DNA from: Chrysomallon squamiferum
Taxonomy: Eukaryota > Animalia > Mollusca
DNA: 64,000 bases
Assembly: GCA_012295275.1 (NCBI GenBank)
Contig: CM022670.1
Location: 18,290,001 to 18,354,000, forward strand
Reading direction: 5' to 3'
Below the pieces are notes generated by a model. That model ran no database searches and was not told where the DNA came from. It saw only the letters and a program-made list of their open reading frames with translations. The translations under genes and the position numbers were made by a program. Shown here piece after piece: positions 13,201 to 25,789 of this stretch; within the stretch, counting starts at the first letter, position 1; each line of letters begins with the position of its first letter.

Positions 13201-15436
13201 TTCATCCAGACACCAGTAAGACATCTTCATATCGGTGAAGAACATTCATTTGTTTGGGGCTTAACAGAACAAAATGAAATCCAGTTTTACAACTATTCTT
13301 TTGGTCTGCAGTGCTATTCATTAGAAGAAATTACATCAGAAGTTTCAGATATTCAGGTAAGTTTTTGAAGTCATTTAAAATGTTCATGCAGTTTCATCTT
13401 CTTTTAACAGTATATAATATACTATATTTCCTTGTTTGTTACTTTTTGATTTTGGTTTTAATTCTTTTGTTTATTTTATTTTATTTTATTTTATTCATCA
13501 GGTTAATTAATATTATTTTATATATATGTGTGTGTGTTTTTCTGTATGATATGAACTAAAATTTCTTTTATCGTTAATTCACTAGCCTGCACCATATATA
13601 ACTGTATTAAGACTGGAATACAGCAATATGTTGTTCAGACACTTGTACACAAAAATTAATTGATTATTTTTTATTATTACTGACATCCAGAAAATTTAAG
13701 CATGATGATATCATTTTCAAACACTCTTGCTATGCCCTGTCACTGTAATGTGTAAATTTGCTTCCAGTATATATATATGTTTTTACTTCATTGCTTCATA
13801 AACAATCTACATTTACTGTTGTTACTACAACTGTTTTGGCAATAAATAATATTTATATTTATTCTTAAAGCTAAGGCATTGTAAATAAAGATTTTTCTTC
13901 AATGGATGTTGTTGTTATCCATTCTGAACGTCATTTATAAAATGTAATTGATTTAACATACGTTAACTCAACTGTATTTGAAAACAACCAGAAAATTCCA
14001 TTAAAAAATATGATTAAATGTGGATGTGTTTTTCACATTGGTCTAGTTATACATTATCAGTTATAAAGATTCTTCAGTAGATACATGTGTCATGAACATT
14101 GCTACAGCCAGCTAATACCATTAAAAACCTCATTTTATCTGTACCAGATATAAAAAGGAATCTTCATACTATAATACAGTTATATTTAGATATCAATTAT
14201 TCATTCATTTTCAACTTTCATTATCATTAATTCTGTTTATTATTTGTTTATGACAGGTAAACATGTCAACACAGTGTAATGTATCTTGGAGCCCACTGGC
14301 TGCTGGCAAATATCATCTCACTGTTGTGGCTTTTGACAATTCATCATTACCCATTCATGTCAAATGTTCTGATATTATTATTGTTGGTATGTTGGGTTAT
14401 TCTCTTTTATCTATTTTTATTTTTATTTTTTTCATAATCTGTCAGTACTAAGGTTTATTCACTTATGTTTTTAAAACAGGATTTTAAAATTTTAAATGAA
14501 AATACACTCTACAAACCAATTATGAAATTACAATTAAACAAAAGTTATGTTCTTTTTAACTTAATTATCATACAAATTGTTAAATCCATACCTGCTATTT
14601 TCCTGTAAAATATAACTTTCAATATTTGCATGAATTGTTTGAATATTTTAATTTGGTTATTTTAGACAGATTCATGGAACACAACAAACACAACAGATTG
14701 ATTTAGTGTATATATGTAAGATGGCTTCTTTATATAAAGAATTTAATATGATTTATTAAGAAATTTTTATACTTTATTAAGATATTATTGTTATTTATGT
14801 AGCTGGAGTAATATTAATATATTTTCCTGTATTTTAATCTTTGTTGTAATAAATATCTTCTTTTTTTTGTCAACAGATGATAACAGGAAGATGATCATGG
14901 CTCCATCTATTTATATACCTTTAGCAATATCAGCAGTCTCCATAATAATTTTGATTTTCTTTGTTTCAGCTTTTGGGATATGTAAGTTACTCTAGTTGTT
15001 ATTTATCACTTAAGAAAATATGTTACTAAAACCTGAAATAAAATAATAATATTCTGTATCCAGCCACTTTCAAAGATTTCATGAAAGAAAAAACAGTTTA
15101 GTCTTGTTTGATTAAAAAGAAAAAATTATTTATATAGATAAAAAAATATCAATTTCAATGACTTTAATCTGAATATTTCTCTATATTGCTTATCATTTCA
15201 TTTTATTTATTTTATATTTTTTGGTTTAAGTCTAAATAATTGTTATCATTTGTTACTCAGTCAAATTCTCATGGAATAACAAGTGTTCAATTAAACAACA
15301 CACATTTGGACTGATATCTAATTATTTATTTTTTCATTCACTCTTTGTAGATAAACGACAATGCAAGAAGCAGAATGAAGTGTATGAGAACATCGACATA
15401 AAACAAATCAATGTGATATCTAACAAAACCTACTAA
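651..15436 (+). CDS. Multi-exon type I membrane receptor, LRP-like YWTD beta-propeller + EGF + Cys-rich + beta-sandwich-like ectodomain, TM, short Tyr-motif tail (~1124 aa)
   Basis: Exons read by hand with GT/AG ends and consistent phases: 651-708, 1246-1479, 2363-2531, 3877-4004, 4459-4615, 4843-4952, 5568-5690, 6952-7116, 7506-7646, 8028-8141, 8573-8815, 9278-9413, 9540-9744, 10018-10179, 10397-10751, 11256-11526, 12051-12168, 13192-13356, 14257-14386, 14877-14981, 15351-15436. These sum to 3375 nt, one open frame. Motifs: signal peptide [19 protein letters not shown]; YWTD-type repeats (IYWTD, IFYTD, MYWTD, IYWCD, LYTTD); [15 protein letters not shown]...CTCSDGF; [16 protein letters not shown]; [27 protein letters not shown]; tail [27 protein letters not shown]. 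Confidence 0.9.
2072..2170. repeat. Compound microsatellite (TTG)n(TTC)n(TTA)n
   Basis: Directly visible. Confidence 0.95.
8129..8478 (+). repeat. ~58-bp minisatellite, 6 units, beginning inside exon 10 of the receptor gene
   Basis: Unit CATTGTGAAACAAGTGAGAACATCTTAATTATTCATTATCTAAATATTAGTACACATA starts at 8129, 8187 and 8245, followed by three more diverged copies. Confidence 0.9.
12538..12713 (+). pseudogene. Decayed internal exon (pseudo-exon) of the 651-15436 receptor gene
   Basis: The acceptor reads tttacGG instead of tttacAG. The exon encodes [22 protein letters not shown]..., stops at TGA 12658-12660, and continues in another frame as [20 protein letters not shown] up to a GTATGC donor at 12714. 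Length is 176 nt (3n-1) between phase-0 neighbours. Confidence 0.75.
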
Positions 15437-15984
15437 CTAAATAATTTGACAAGTAACCCTGCAAAAATCTGAATGAATGTATAAATTTCAAACATGAAAT
15501 ATTTCAATAAAATATATAGACAAATAAACAGACAGATTGTTAAGTAGATAGAAAAACATAATGATTATAGCTATGGATAAACATATACATTGACATATAC
15601 ACATTTCACTTGATAATATTCATACATTCATTTAATTACATTTCACTATCAGCTATTGACTTGTTGACTTAACTCTGTTTTTTTTCTTATTCTTTTATAT
15701 ATAGTAAAATTTAAAATTAGAACTCGTTTGTTTTTCTACCACATGGGGGCTACATTAAGTGTTTGAAATATGATTATCAAACAATAGTAACTTTATTCAT
15801 CTCTTACTGCAGTTGTTTTGTTTACCTGTACCTGAAGAACCAATGGTGAATATGTTTAATGTGATACCACTGGCAATCATCTATTATTTTTGATTTTCTG
15901 TTGTTGTTTTGTTGGTTTTCTTGATGTTTATGATGACAGTGGTTCTTTGAATAATCATGTTTGAATTATCTTCGGAAATAAATT

Positions 15985-16340
15985 AAGTGAAACGTTGACT
16001 TACGAGTTTAATTCGTTCCGTGACCGAGCTCGTAACTCAATTTGCTCGTATATCAAATCAATTTTCGCCCTGAAATTAATTGAAATACCATTAATCCGTT
16101 CCAGTCCCCAAAACCACCCCTTTATCGATTCCTGCTTCAGCATTAGAAGAACTATGTTCTTGCTGCCTGGCCAAGTCGACTACATGCACACCGAAGTGAA
16201 GTAAACGAACCGCGGCGTAGTTGAAGCCGACTCGTAACTCGGATTTTGGCTCGCAACTCAAAGCAAAATACCAACCGGGCGACTGCTCATAACTCGAAAA
16301 ACTCGTAATATGGTGCACTCGTAAGTCACGGTATTGTTAT
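15985..16340. mobile_element. TcMar-Tigger/pogo-like MITE
   Basis: Perfect 12-bp inverted core TGACTTACGAGT (15996-16007) / ACTCGTAAGTCA (16317-16328) and several internal CTCGTAAC-like motifs. GC is raised against the flanks; the outermost termini are eroded. Confidence 0.75.
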
Positions 16341-16687
16341 TATTTTAAAATACTGTTTTATTATCCAGTGAAACAATTTCGAATGCACATATAATCTCAA
16401 TTTAATGGCTTCTATCGTACAAAAATAATTTTGTCTTTGCATAAAGATGATATTACTATGAGATTGCTTTCATGTGACTAACTACATTCAGACTGCTGAA
16501 TATAAAAATAATGACATCCGTTTTTTTTTATACATAACAATTTAAAGAAGCGATAAGAAAATATATAATCATTAATATATATTTTGAGATCTAAGGGTTA
16601 CTTAGCAAGTTTAAACACACACAGGTACAAAAGAGAATGAATAACATTGTTTTGCAATTTGGTATGGAAGTTGTCTTGGTTTTTTGG

Positions 16688-16729
<42 letters not shown>

Positions 16730-17024
16730 TATTTATTTTATTTTATTTTTTTTTTAATTATTTTTTTTATTACGATTATTAGAAGTAGTATTTCTTCTTT
16801 AATGTTTTCTATTACTATTCTTCACAATACATCAGAGCACAAACAGAGAAATTATTCGTGGTCTACGTATTTACATATTTAATTTTTCATACGTTGACCT
16901 GCCTACAAATAACATCGGTGTCTACAGTTCCATTTCCATACGTGTTTGTCTCTTTGTCATTAGTTTCTTTTGTTGGTGTGTTTTGATAAACATGCTGACT
17001 TCGTCCAGAGGATCCGTCACCATT

Positions 17025-18619
17025 TCAGTTTTCACGACTGATGATTTGGTTAGTTGAAATATTTCTGGATATTTGCTCGGATCTTCCTGCTCGTTCTTTG
17101 CTATTTTTTATATCTGAAAACTGGACAGCGGGTTTTGTCGTTTTGGACTGTTTTCTAAGAACCAGTCTGCAATAAATGTCATAACCACGACGTAACTCGA
17201 CAGTGTAACATTTAAAAAAAAAAAAGATCAACAAACAGATTAGGGAAGCATATTAAATATCTTTTTTATACGTTGTAGTAGAAGTTGTTGTTCTTTTTCC
17301 TTTTTTTCAGAAGATATAAATAAAAGCTTGCAAAATAATGTATTACAACAGTAATGGTAATAATCATTTTGTTACTGTAAATCAGTACAAGTATTTCCGT
17401 CAGATATCATCATTAAATGACAATGGAATTCGAAGAAATGGAATTATATATATATATATATATACCATTAAAACTTACTGTATGATGATGATGAAGGAAA
17501 TAAACAGCAGAAAAAATATCACATTAGTTGTTACCAAAACAATTGTCATGGTATCTGTTGTTTTCTCTTCATGAGCTAAAGAGAGAAAAAAAACATAAAT
17601 AAATACATTATCCCCAGAAAAGCCAACCCAACCTTATAATGCTGTGAAAGAAATTAATTATTTTTATTGTAAATGAATAATTTAAAGACTAAAGACTGAC
17701 GTGCATGTGAAATGTCTTTTTAAAAAGACTGAAAAGGAGATTATTACCTGTGCACGTTTGTTCCTTTTTACAAGGACATACGTATGAACCAACAATATTT
17801 GTGCAGTTTCCATTTTCGTCGTATTTTCCTTGTTCATTTATATCTTTAAAAAATGATAATAAAAAAAAAATTCATACGTATTATAATGTAACATTCAATT
17901 TGTAGGCCAGTTTATTTACCAAATTCAATATTAAAAAGATAATCATAAATCATAAAAAATAAATTAAAAAATCCATTTGAAAGTTTTTATTGTAATACTA
18001 AATTATAGATTTTGTAATATATTAAAATAAATGTTATTAATGTACCTAGATAAACAGGTAGATCCATATGGAACAAACGTACACTTATCTGAGTATTCGT
18101 TCTTATCTAATTTTAATAGCAAATTATTTTGTTATTCATTTATACTTTCTAGTAAAAAAAAAAAAAAATAATTAAGAGAGAAAATAAATTTTGTGCATTT
18201 TTGTAAACAAAAAATATGGTTTTATTTATCGTTGAAAGTGATATTACTCCTTTATATGTTTTTATTTTTCGTTTTGCTCTTTTAGAGGTCTACAAAATAT
18301 ATATATTCAGAAATGTTTCAATACTAGAGAATACCTGAAAGTGTACTGTATTGTTATGTTACCTGTACAAGTGTATCCATCTCCAGTGAATCCACTCCTA
18401 CAGGAACATGTGTATGATCCTATGCTGTTAGTGCAGTCTGCATTCACATCACATCTGTGTTGTCCATTACATTCATTTACATCTGTGTATAGTACAATTA
18501 TTAATTAGATCATTTCATCAAGTTCACTCTACTAATTTATATCATCCTTATTCTAAGAAGTTATCATTCACAAACATTGCTACAATGCTACTAATGCTGT
18601 ACTTGAACAATTGTTTAAA

Positions 18620-18673
<54 letters not shown>

Positions 18674-20541
18674 TTAAATATGAAAAAAGTTACCAGTGCA
18701 GTTGTGTCCGGTACCGGTATATCCATGTTTACATCGACATGTATAAATCCAATTGTGTTTATGCAGTCCGCATTTGTGTCACATGTACTGGGTACAAGAC
18801 ATTCGTTAACATCTGAATAAATTACAATCTTTAAAAAGAAGGCTTTTAACAAGATAACATTTTTTCTTGTTAAGTTTATGTTTAACAAATGATTAGGTTA
18901 ACAAAATATTATTCAGGTAAAATGATATAGTTGCTAAATGCATGGCAAATATTTTCAAAAGCATTCTTTTACTTATAGGAATAGTGAACAAAAGATTATT
19001 TTTATTACATGTGATAAATTAAATAATAGTAACAAATGTGTTCTTTCGATAGTTTGAGCAAAATCTTCAAGCAAGAATTCAGTTATTATTAATATTTTTG
19101 AAATAACAAAGATACATTTACATTTAATTTAATTATACATGAATATGGTAAACTTTTCAAATATTAAACTGATATATTTAAACAATAAACTGATATAAGT
19201 TTCAAAATTTATTTCAATAAATGTTTTACCCGTTGTACAGTCATTTCCTTTCCATCCAGGCTGACATCTACGAGAATCACAGTCACCTGTCTGTACGCTA
19301 CATGATGATGAAGTAACAGCACAATGTCTGTCACTACACTTCTTCATACAGTTTGAACCATATTTCACATTCAACTTACAAACTAACAACAACAACATTA
19401 ACAATAATAATAATAATCAACATTCAACTTTGTATTATTCTAACAAATTTTTAAATAATAACATATTTGTTAAAATAATTACTTATTATTATTACTAGTA
19501 GTAGTTGTTGTTGTTGTTGTAATACTTATAGTAGTAGTTGAAGTTTAATAAATTACAGATAATTTTCAGAAACATTATTTTTCATCCCAGTTATAATTTT
19601 AAAAAAAGTGATATTTTTTATTTACAAATTTACGCTGGTTTAAATAATGAAGAAAACACCTGACATGTTTACTGAAAAGGTATCTGTATCAAACAACATA
19701 ATTCGGAGACCCCCAGTCAAAATTTTGATACTGAATACTTTTTAAATATTTTTTAATAATAATGATTACCGTGATACATAAAATGTATTTTGAAAAGCGT
19801 TTAGAATTAATCAAGCAAGATGACATTTTACTGGAAACTAAAATTTACTGTCTATGTGAAGAGTATGTTTGATGTTTTTTAAATTAACAATTAAGTTTCC
19901 ACTGATGATTTGTAAGCTTTAATCTTAAGTTTCGTTCTTCCAAATACAGCATGGTTCGCTGCTTGATTAGAAATACATTAGCTGGGTAAATCGAGATTCA
20001 AATATATTGAAGTGTAGATGCTAAAATAAAAGCTAGTGCACTTGAACAAGCTTTGGGATATTCATTATTAATTATCCCCAAAATAATTCCACAGTCTTAG
20101 TTTTGAACAATATACAAATTATAAGAAATTTTTATTATGTTTTTTTCTATTTTTCTATTACAGTTTCTACACACACACATATTTATATATATACACCACT
20201 CTGGCAACCCATGAGATAGCTGGTTGAATGTTTTATAATCAGGTTACTGTATCTGATCTGGTCTTGCAAATGTATTGTTGTCATTTCATTATCTATTAAT
20301 TGCTTAAAACAATGTATCAAAAGAACAAATAAATATGCTTCATAAATTCAAGTATTAATGACTACAGAATCTGCTGTATCTTAAAACAGAAATGTGCTGA
20401 TTCAATCTAATAGCAAAAGAACAATTGGAAATTCCACTAAACTTTCACACCAAACAAAATCTTACCGAATTCACTTAATACAATTCCTTGTTCAATACTC
20501 AAAATGCCAGCTATTAAAGTAATTAGCCAAACATTTTCCAT
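17025..20541 (-). pseudogene. Partly decayed EGF-repeat type I membrane protein (signal peptide, laminin/MEGF-type EGF, 3 calcium-binding EGF exons, TM, tail); pseudogene or exon-skipping remnant
   Basis: Minus-strand exons: 20541-20466 (MENVWLITLIAGILSIEQGIVLSEF); 19382-19230 (YGSNCMKKCSDRHC...CQPGWKGNDC); 18812-18694 (DVNECLVPSTC..., 119 nt, 1-nt deletion at GSYTC); 18482-18363 (intact [11 protein letters not shown]...[19 protein letters not shown]); 17843-17748 (DINEQGKYDENGNC..., first two Cys lost); 17575-17479 (TM TIVLVTTNVIFFLLFISFIIII); 17166-17025. All have GT-AG boundaries with compatible phases. Confidence 0.8.
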
Positions 20542-20934
20542 CTCTGATGATAATGTCGATCGTGCGTTGATGCTCAACAGTAATGTCGTATGATGAAGAT
20601 GTCTATTGTGTCTTCTTTTAAAGCTTTCATCAGCCAGGAAGTAATACAAACAAGTTCGTTTCAGTACACCCGATCTAAATATCACTGAAAATGCATAATA
20701 AAAATTACTTATAAATCTACCAAACAAGTTCAGTGATCCGAAAACTGTTTCCATGGTAACTTTGCATAGATAGCAGTTATAAATACACTTTCTTTATTTA
20801 CACTGAATAACAATAACAGTCATTTATCTTTCGTTTTCTTTAAAAGTAAAATAAAATAAAAATAAAAATAAACTGTAATGGTATAAATAAATCAGTTTTG
20901 ACACTGAAACTTATGGGACTTTCGTTGTTGTTGT

Positions 20935-21092
20935 ATGTTTTTTTACATGATTGTTGTATTATTTTGTTTACATGATTGTAGCTTTTATTATTTTGTTTAT
21001 ATGATTCACCTTTTATTATTTTGTTTATATGACTGTAGTTTCGTGCTGTCATGTTTACATTATTGTACTCTGGGAGTTATTTTGTTTACACT
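20935..21092. repeat. Degenerate ~28-31-bp tandem repeat with a TTATTTTGTTTA(C/T)ATGA core
   Basis: Five to six diverged units are visible, each with a TGTTTAC or TGTTTAT core. Confidence 0.7.
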
Positions 21093-21747
21093 ACTATGTT
21101 AAAGACAGACAGACACACACACACGTAATGTCAATGATTGGAACGGAGGTCAAGGAAAGATAAGTCGCTAGACTATTTTTTAATCATCACTGTAGCAGTT
21201 ATTGTGTTTTATGTGTCACAAGTCATCCCATAGATAGTATCACGAAAAAACAGTCGTGGAATAATTACAGTTTTCTCTCAGCGACAGGACTGATCCTACT
21301 TCATATCTGCTTTATCCACTGAGATAAAACGCACTGCTTTTGAATTCTGGTGAATTTCTCATGATACGACTGTGACAATGTCGTCTAATAAATATAAAAC
21401 TAATGGAAAGACTGAGTCAATGAATGTCTATTTCGATTATATACAGCTAAACAGAGAAATAGATAACCTCTAACACAGTGGGGTTCTTTTCTCGTTTGAT
21501 CAGTGTAACTGAAACCATGAAATATGACTTTCGTTGTCAATATAATTTAATATATTTTTAGATAGCGATATAATTAAAATGGAATCATTGACAAATATGT
21601 GAATGTTCCAGTCGTGAAAACAATCCAGCTTGCAACTAACGGTGACTGATCCTAAATCCATTAGGTATCAGAAACTTAACTATGTGCTTCTCCTATTCTT
21701 AAAATGAAACAATCTTTATTATAACGTAATGATGTTGTTAACTGATA

Positions 21748-21821
<74 letters not shown>

Positions 21822-21855
21822 TAATAATAATAATAATAATATTAATAATAATAAT
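21748..21855. repeat. (AAT)n microsatellite
   Basis: Directly visible. Confidence 0.95.
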
Positions 21856-22330
21856 GTTGCTGCAACTGTTATTGGTGGTGTTGATGATGATAAAGATAAT
21901 TATTACTGTAACGACATCAATAACTGATACCAGTACCGGTATTACCGTTACTATTACAACTATTATCGACTATCGGCTGTTTTCAAGGAAATGTTTATCA
22001 TTTTGGGGTTTTATTTTCTTTCTATTGATTAATCTACAAGCACATTCTCTGCACTTCTATGGACAGTAAATATAAACCAGATAATGTACAATTCATTTTT
22101 TCTTTCGTGCAAAGAAATTTAATGGTCTAAAATCAAATATTGGAATTGATTTTTATTTTTTTATCTTCTTTCTTTATGCCTTTTATTCAGGATTATCTGT
22201 CTTTATTTTATAGAATATAATTATTTCATCATTGTAATAAGGGTAACATTGGCATAACTGGACATACATATGTTATATCATATCTCAAATCTGAGATTAT
22301 TATTGTTGTTGTTGTTGTTGTTGTTGTTAA

Positions 22331-22376
22331 TATTAATGTCCTAAGATCAGTGTCTGAGATATTAACATTCATTCAT
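22331..22376 (+). repeat. Dispersed repeat copy 1 (SINE/LINE 3'-tail-like, ends in CATT repeats)
   Basis: TATTAATGTCCTAAGATCAGTGTCTGAGATATTAACATTCATTCAT is identical to 32072-32117. Confidence 0.8.
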
Positions 22377-25161
22377 AATGTTATGAGACTTTTAAACTTG
22401 CAATATTGTTATTTATGATAAAAGAGGATGGCAAATACTATCGGAGAAGGAGGTGGAAACAAAGAGCACCAACAAGCACGTAATAAAAGCGATTTCATTA
22501 AAATATTTTCAGGTTTACTGTTGTTACTTATTTACTTTTTAGAAGAAAAAAAAAGCTAGGAAAGAAAAGAACCGAGAAGAAAGTGACAGTAAAAAAAAAA
22601 AAAAAAAAAAAAAGTAGAGATCTAAGATTATTCACAAAAGTGTTTCAGTTAAAAAAAAAAAAAAAAAATCATGTTTCGTTTACACTTCGCTCATATCTGT
22701 TCGCTAAATCGAACTCAGCGTGTGTGTTTTTGTTTTTGCCAACTTCGAAAAACAAGAATAATTTCTTCGCCATGTTCTTTACACCATGACATATGCTATT
22801 TTCACAACCACGTGTTAGTAATGAGATCCGTCTGCCCTCCAGATGAGAAGTGAAAATTATTTAGAATCTTCTCCCTTTTCTTAATACTCGTCTTCAATCA
22901 GACATCTGCTAGAGTCAGGTGAGAAACAGCTGGCAAAACGGAAGTAGATTCGCACTGCACCAGTTCTCGTTTGATGAATGATGAAAGAAACAGTCTATCG
23001 GTTCCGGAGTAAGAAAAAATCGACAACAGTTGACTCCAAATAGCTTTTGATGAAATAATAACTCGGGGATATGATTTTGCTTCGAAGATGGGTGGTCTGG
23101 ATCATATTGTTTCTATTTATTCGTTATCATAATAACGTTTCTTTGTTTTCATTTAGTTTTGCTTTAAACCTGTAACATTAGCTTCCAAAATGTAATGTCA
23201 GTTACCTTCAAAATGTAAAAGACTGCGTCAAACAATATATTTGTGGAAGTAATAATAATTTTTCTGAACCGTAGGATTTATTATGAGATTTACTGAAAAA
23301 AGTGGAAAAATATCAGAAATAACTAAAAGAAAAAATGTTTCCGTTTCCAAACACCTGTAAATTATAAATATACAGTTATAGCTAGCAATTAGATTCCTAC
23401 CCTGTACAAGGGGACGAAGCAAAACTTGAACAGTTAATATTAATAAACTTCTTAATATATCGCTCGCTATATCTCACTTTACAAAAAGAAATAAGAAAAA
23501 AAAAAAATGACGCCGACAAATTTATAGATTTCCAAACCTCATAAATATTTCATTTGGATCAACCTATAATCATTTCGTCTATCACATTTTAATTGTTTAT
23601 TAGGAGAAGAAGAGATCACAAGAGTTTTTTTCTTATCAAATACGCACGTTATCTTTTGCACCTGTTAAGTCTGAGATGCCAAATGACGACCATGTGTACC
23701 GTTCTTGGGGAAGTAGTTTCCTCATTTCACAAATCTTATAACCTGTTGCATCTCTCGAAGGCCACCATGAAGGCGTTCGACGGGGGGTCAGTATAAACAC
23801 TTGACATTGCTAGGGTTAAGTGTTCAAACGATGGAATTCACTTTGGCTGTTGATCATGCAAGGGAGGCGGTATCCGGAATGCTGGGTATGCTGATTATGT
23901 ACATTGTCGAGATTGCGTGGAAAACAAAATGAATTTAGAACAATGCTCTTGTCTACCGCCAAAACGCCGTCAGTTGCTAAGTGGTGAAAAAGCAAAAAAA
24001 CGAGAACGGTTTTACGTTCTTTCGCAAATAGATCCGTCAGTTGTTAAGTGCATTAACTCATTTTGACGAACCTATGTTCTCTCTGATGTAAGTAATGTAT
24101 CATCTAGCATATCGTTCGCGTATATCTCTTGCGCAGAAACTACGTATTTTGATATATTATTCATAAGTATCTACTGCGCATTGTATATCAATATTAATAA
24201 ACTGCATAGGTCACTTCTGACTTTAATTTCGACACTTTTATTGTTATTGTTCTTCTTCCTCTATTTTGTTTCACCATCCCTTTAACTTATTTTATTTAAT
24301 TTATTTTATTTAATTTATTTATTTATTTATTTATTTTTTTATTTTTTTATTTTTTTATTTTTTTATTTTTTTTTATTTATTATTGTTGCTGTTGTTATTG
24401 TTGTTGTTGTTATTATTATTATTATTAGATTATTATTTTATATAAAAGTAACAACATATCATTTTTATATGTGTGTGTGTGCGTGTCAGCGCGTGTGCGT
24501 GGGCGCGTGTAAGCATGTTTCTGTGTTGTTCTTGTGTTTTTATATTATTATTATTATTACTGTTGTTGTTACTGATTGTCACTGTTGTGTTTACTTTTTC
24601 AGTATGGAGTATTTCCTTTTTTTCTTTTCATTTCTTTTATTTATTTCTTTTCTTTTCTTTTCTTTTCTTTTATTGTATAATTTGTTGTTGTTGCTTCCTT
24701 GTTTCTTTGCCTTCGTGTATATATCAACGATGTGTTTTCACAAAATATTTTTCATTTCCACCTGTCATGTTTTTCACTATCAAAGATCTAGTTTTCTTAT
24801 GTTCTACGAAATCTTTCTTTCGTTAATGCTCTCGTCAAATAACAACTGAATATATTAACTCGAATTAATTTTCGTCTAAAATCGACAATCGATATAAAAC
24901 ATTCGTGGGGCAGCCTTTCTAGATATTCCTTTTCTCTAAAAATGGTAAACTTTTTGGTAAACACCTTTATTACCTTTGAATCATTCTACACAGAAAAAAA
25001 AAAAAAAGATATTTGGCGAAATGCGACGTTTTATGTGTGTGGTATAAGTGATACCATCAACAATGTATTTACGAAGAGGAGGAGCCAGCGATATTGCAAT
25101 ATTCAACTTCTGTCAGCCCTATTCGAAACGAAGAACAGGGAAAAAGAAATAGAGGTAGAAC

Positions 25162-25413
<252 letters not shown>

Positions 25414-25720
25414 ACCTTTAATACCTATACAGTATCTATTGAGGTGTTGTCAAACCTTTCCTCAATGACTTTTTTTTTTTTCTCTGTCTCGAGCGATATT
25501 ACGAGGACATTTTTTTTATATATATTTAGTCAGATAAAGATATTTTTCAGCAGTCTTCTAAAAAGATTTTGGCGCCAAAATCCTTTACGAGAATCGATGA
25601 AAGGTGTTTGGCGCCGAAGACATGAATCTATTCGATTTAATTGCGTCAGTAAGGTGTTTAGTGTTGGAAGATGATCTTATGTTAAATATTTATGTATGGA
25701 AACGATCACTGTTTATTTCG

Positions 25721-25789
<69 letters not shown>

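Noticed and set aside
15506-15511. AATAAA polyadenylation signals (also 31106)
   Set aside because: The positions are plausible, but the hexamer is too frequent in this AT-rich sequence to call.
19770-20020. Possible extra exon of the minus-strand EGF gene (acceptor at 20021, donor at 19769)
   Set aside because: All frames contain stops and no domain is recognisable. Exon 1 splices in phase to 19382 without it.
23650-24060. piggyBac-like termini (CTAGGGTTAA; repeated CCGTCAGTTG.TAAGTG)
   Set aside because: No matching opposite terminus or TTAA pair could be established. Probably old TE debris.
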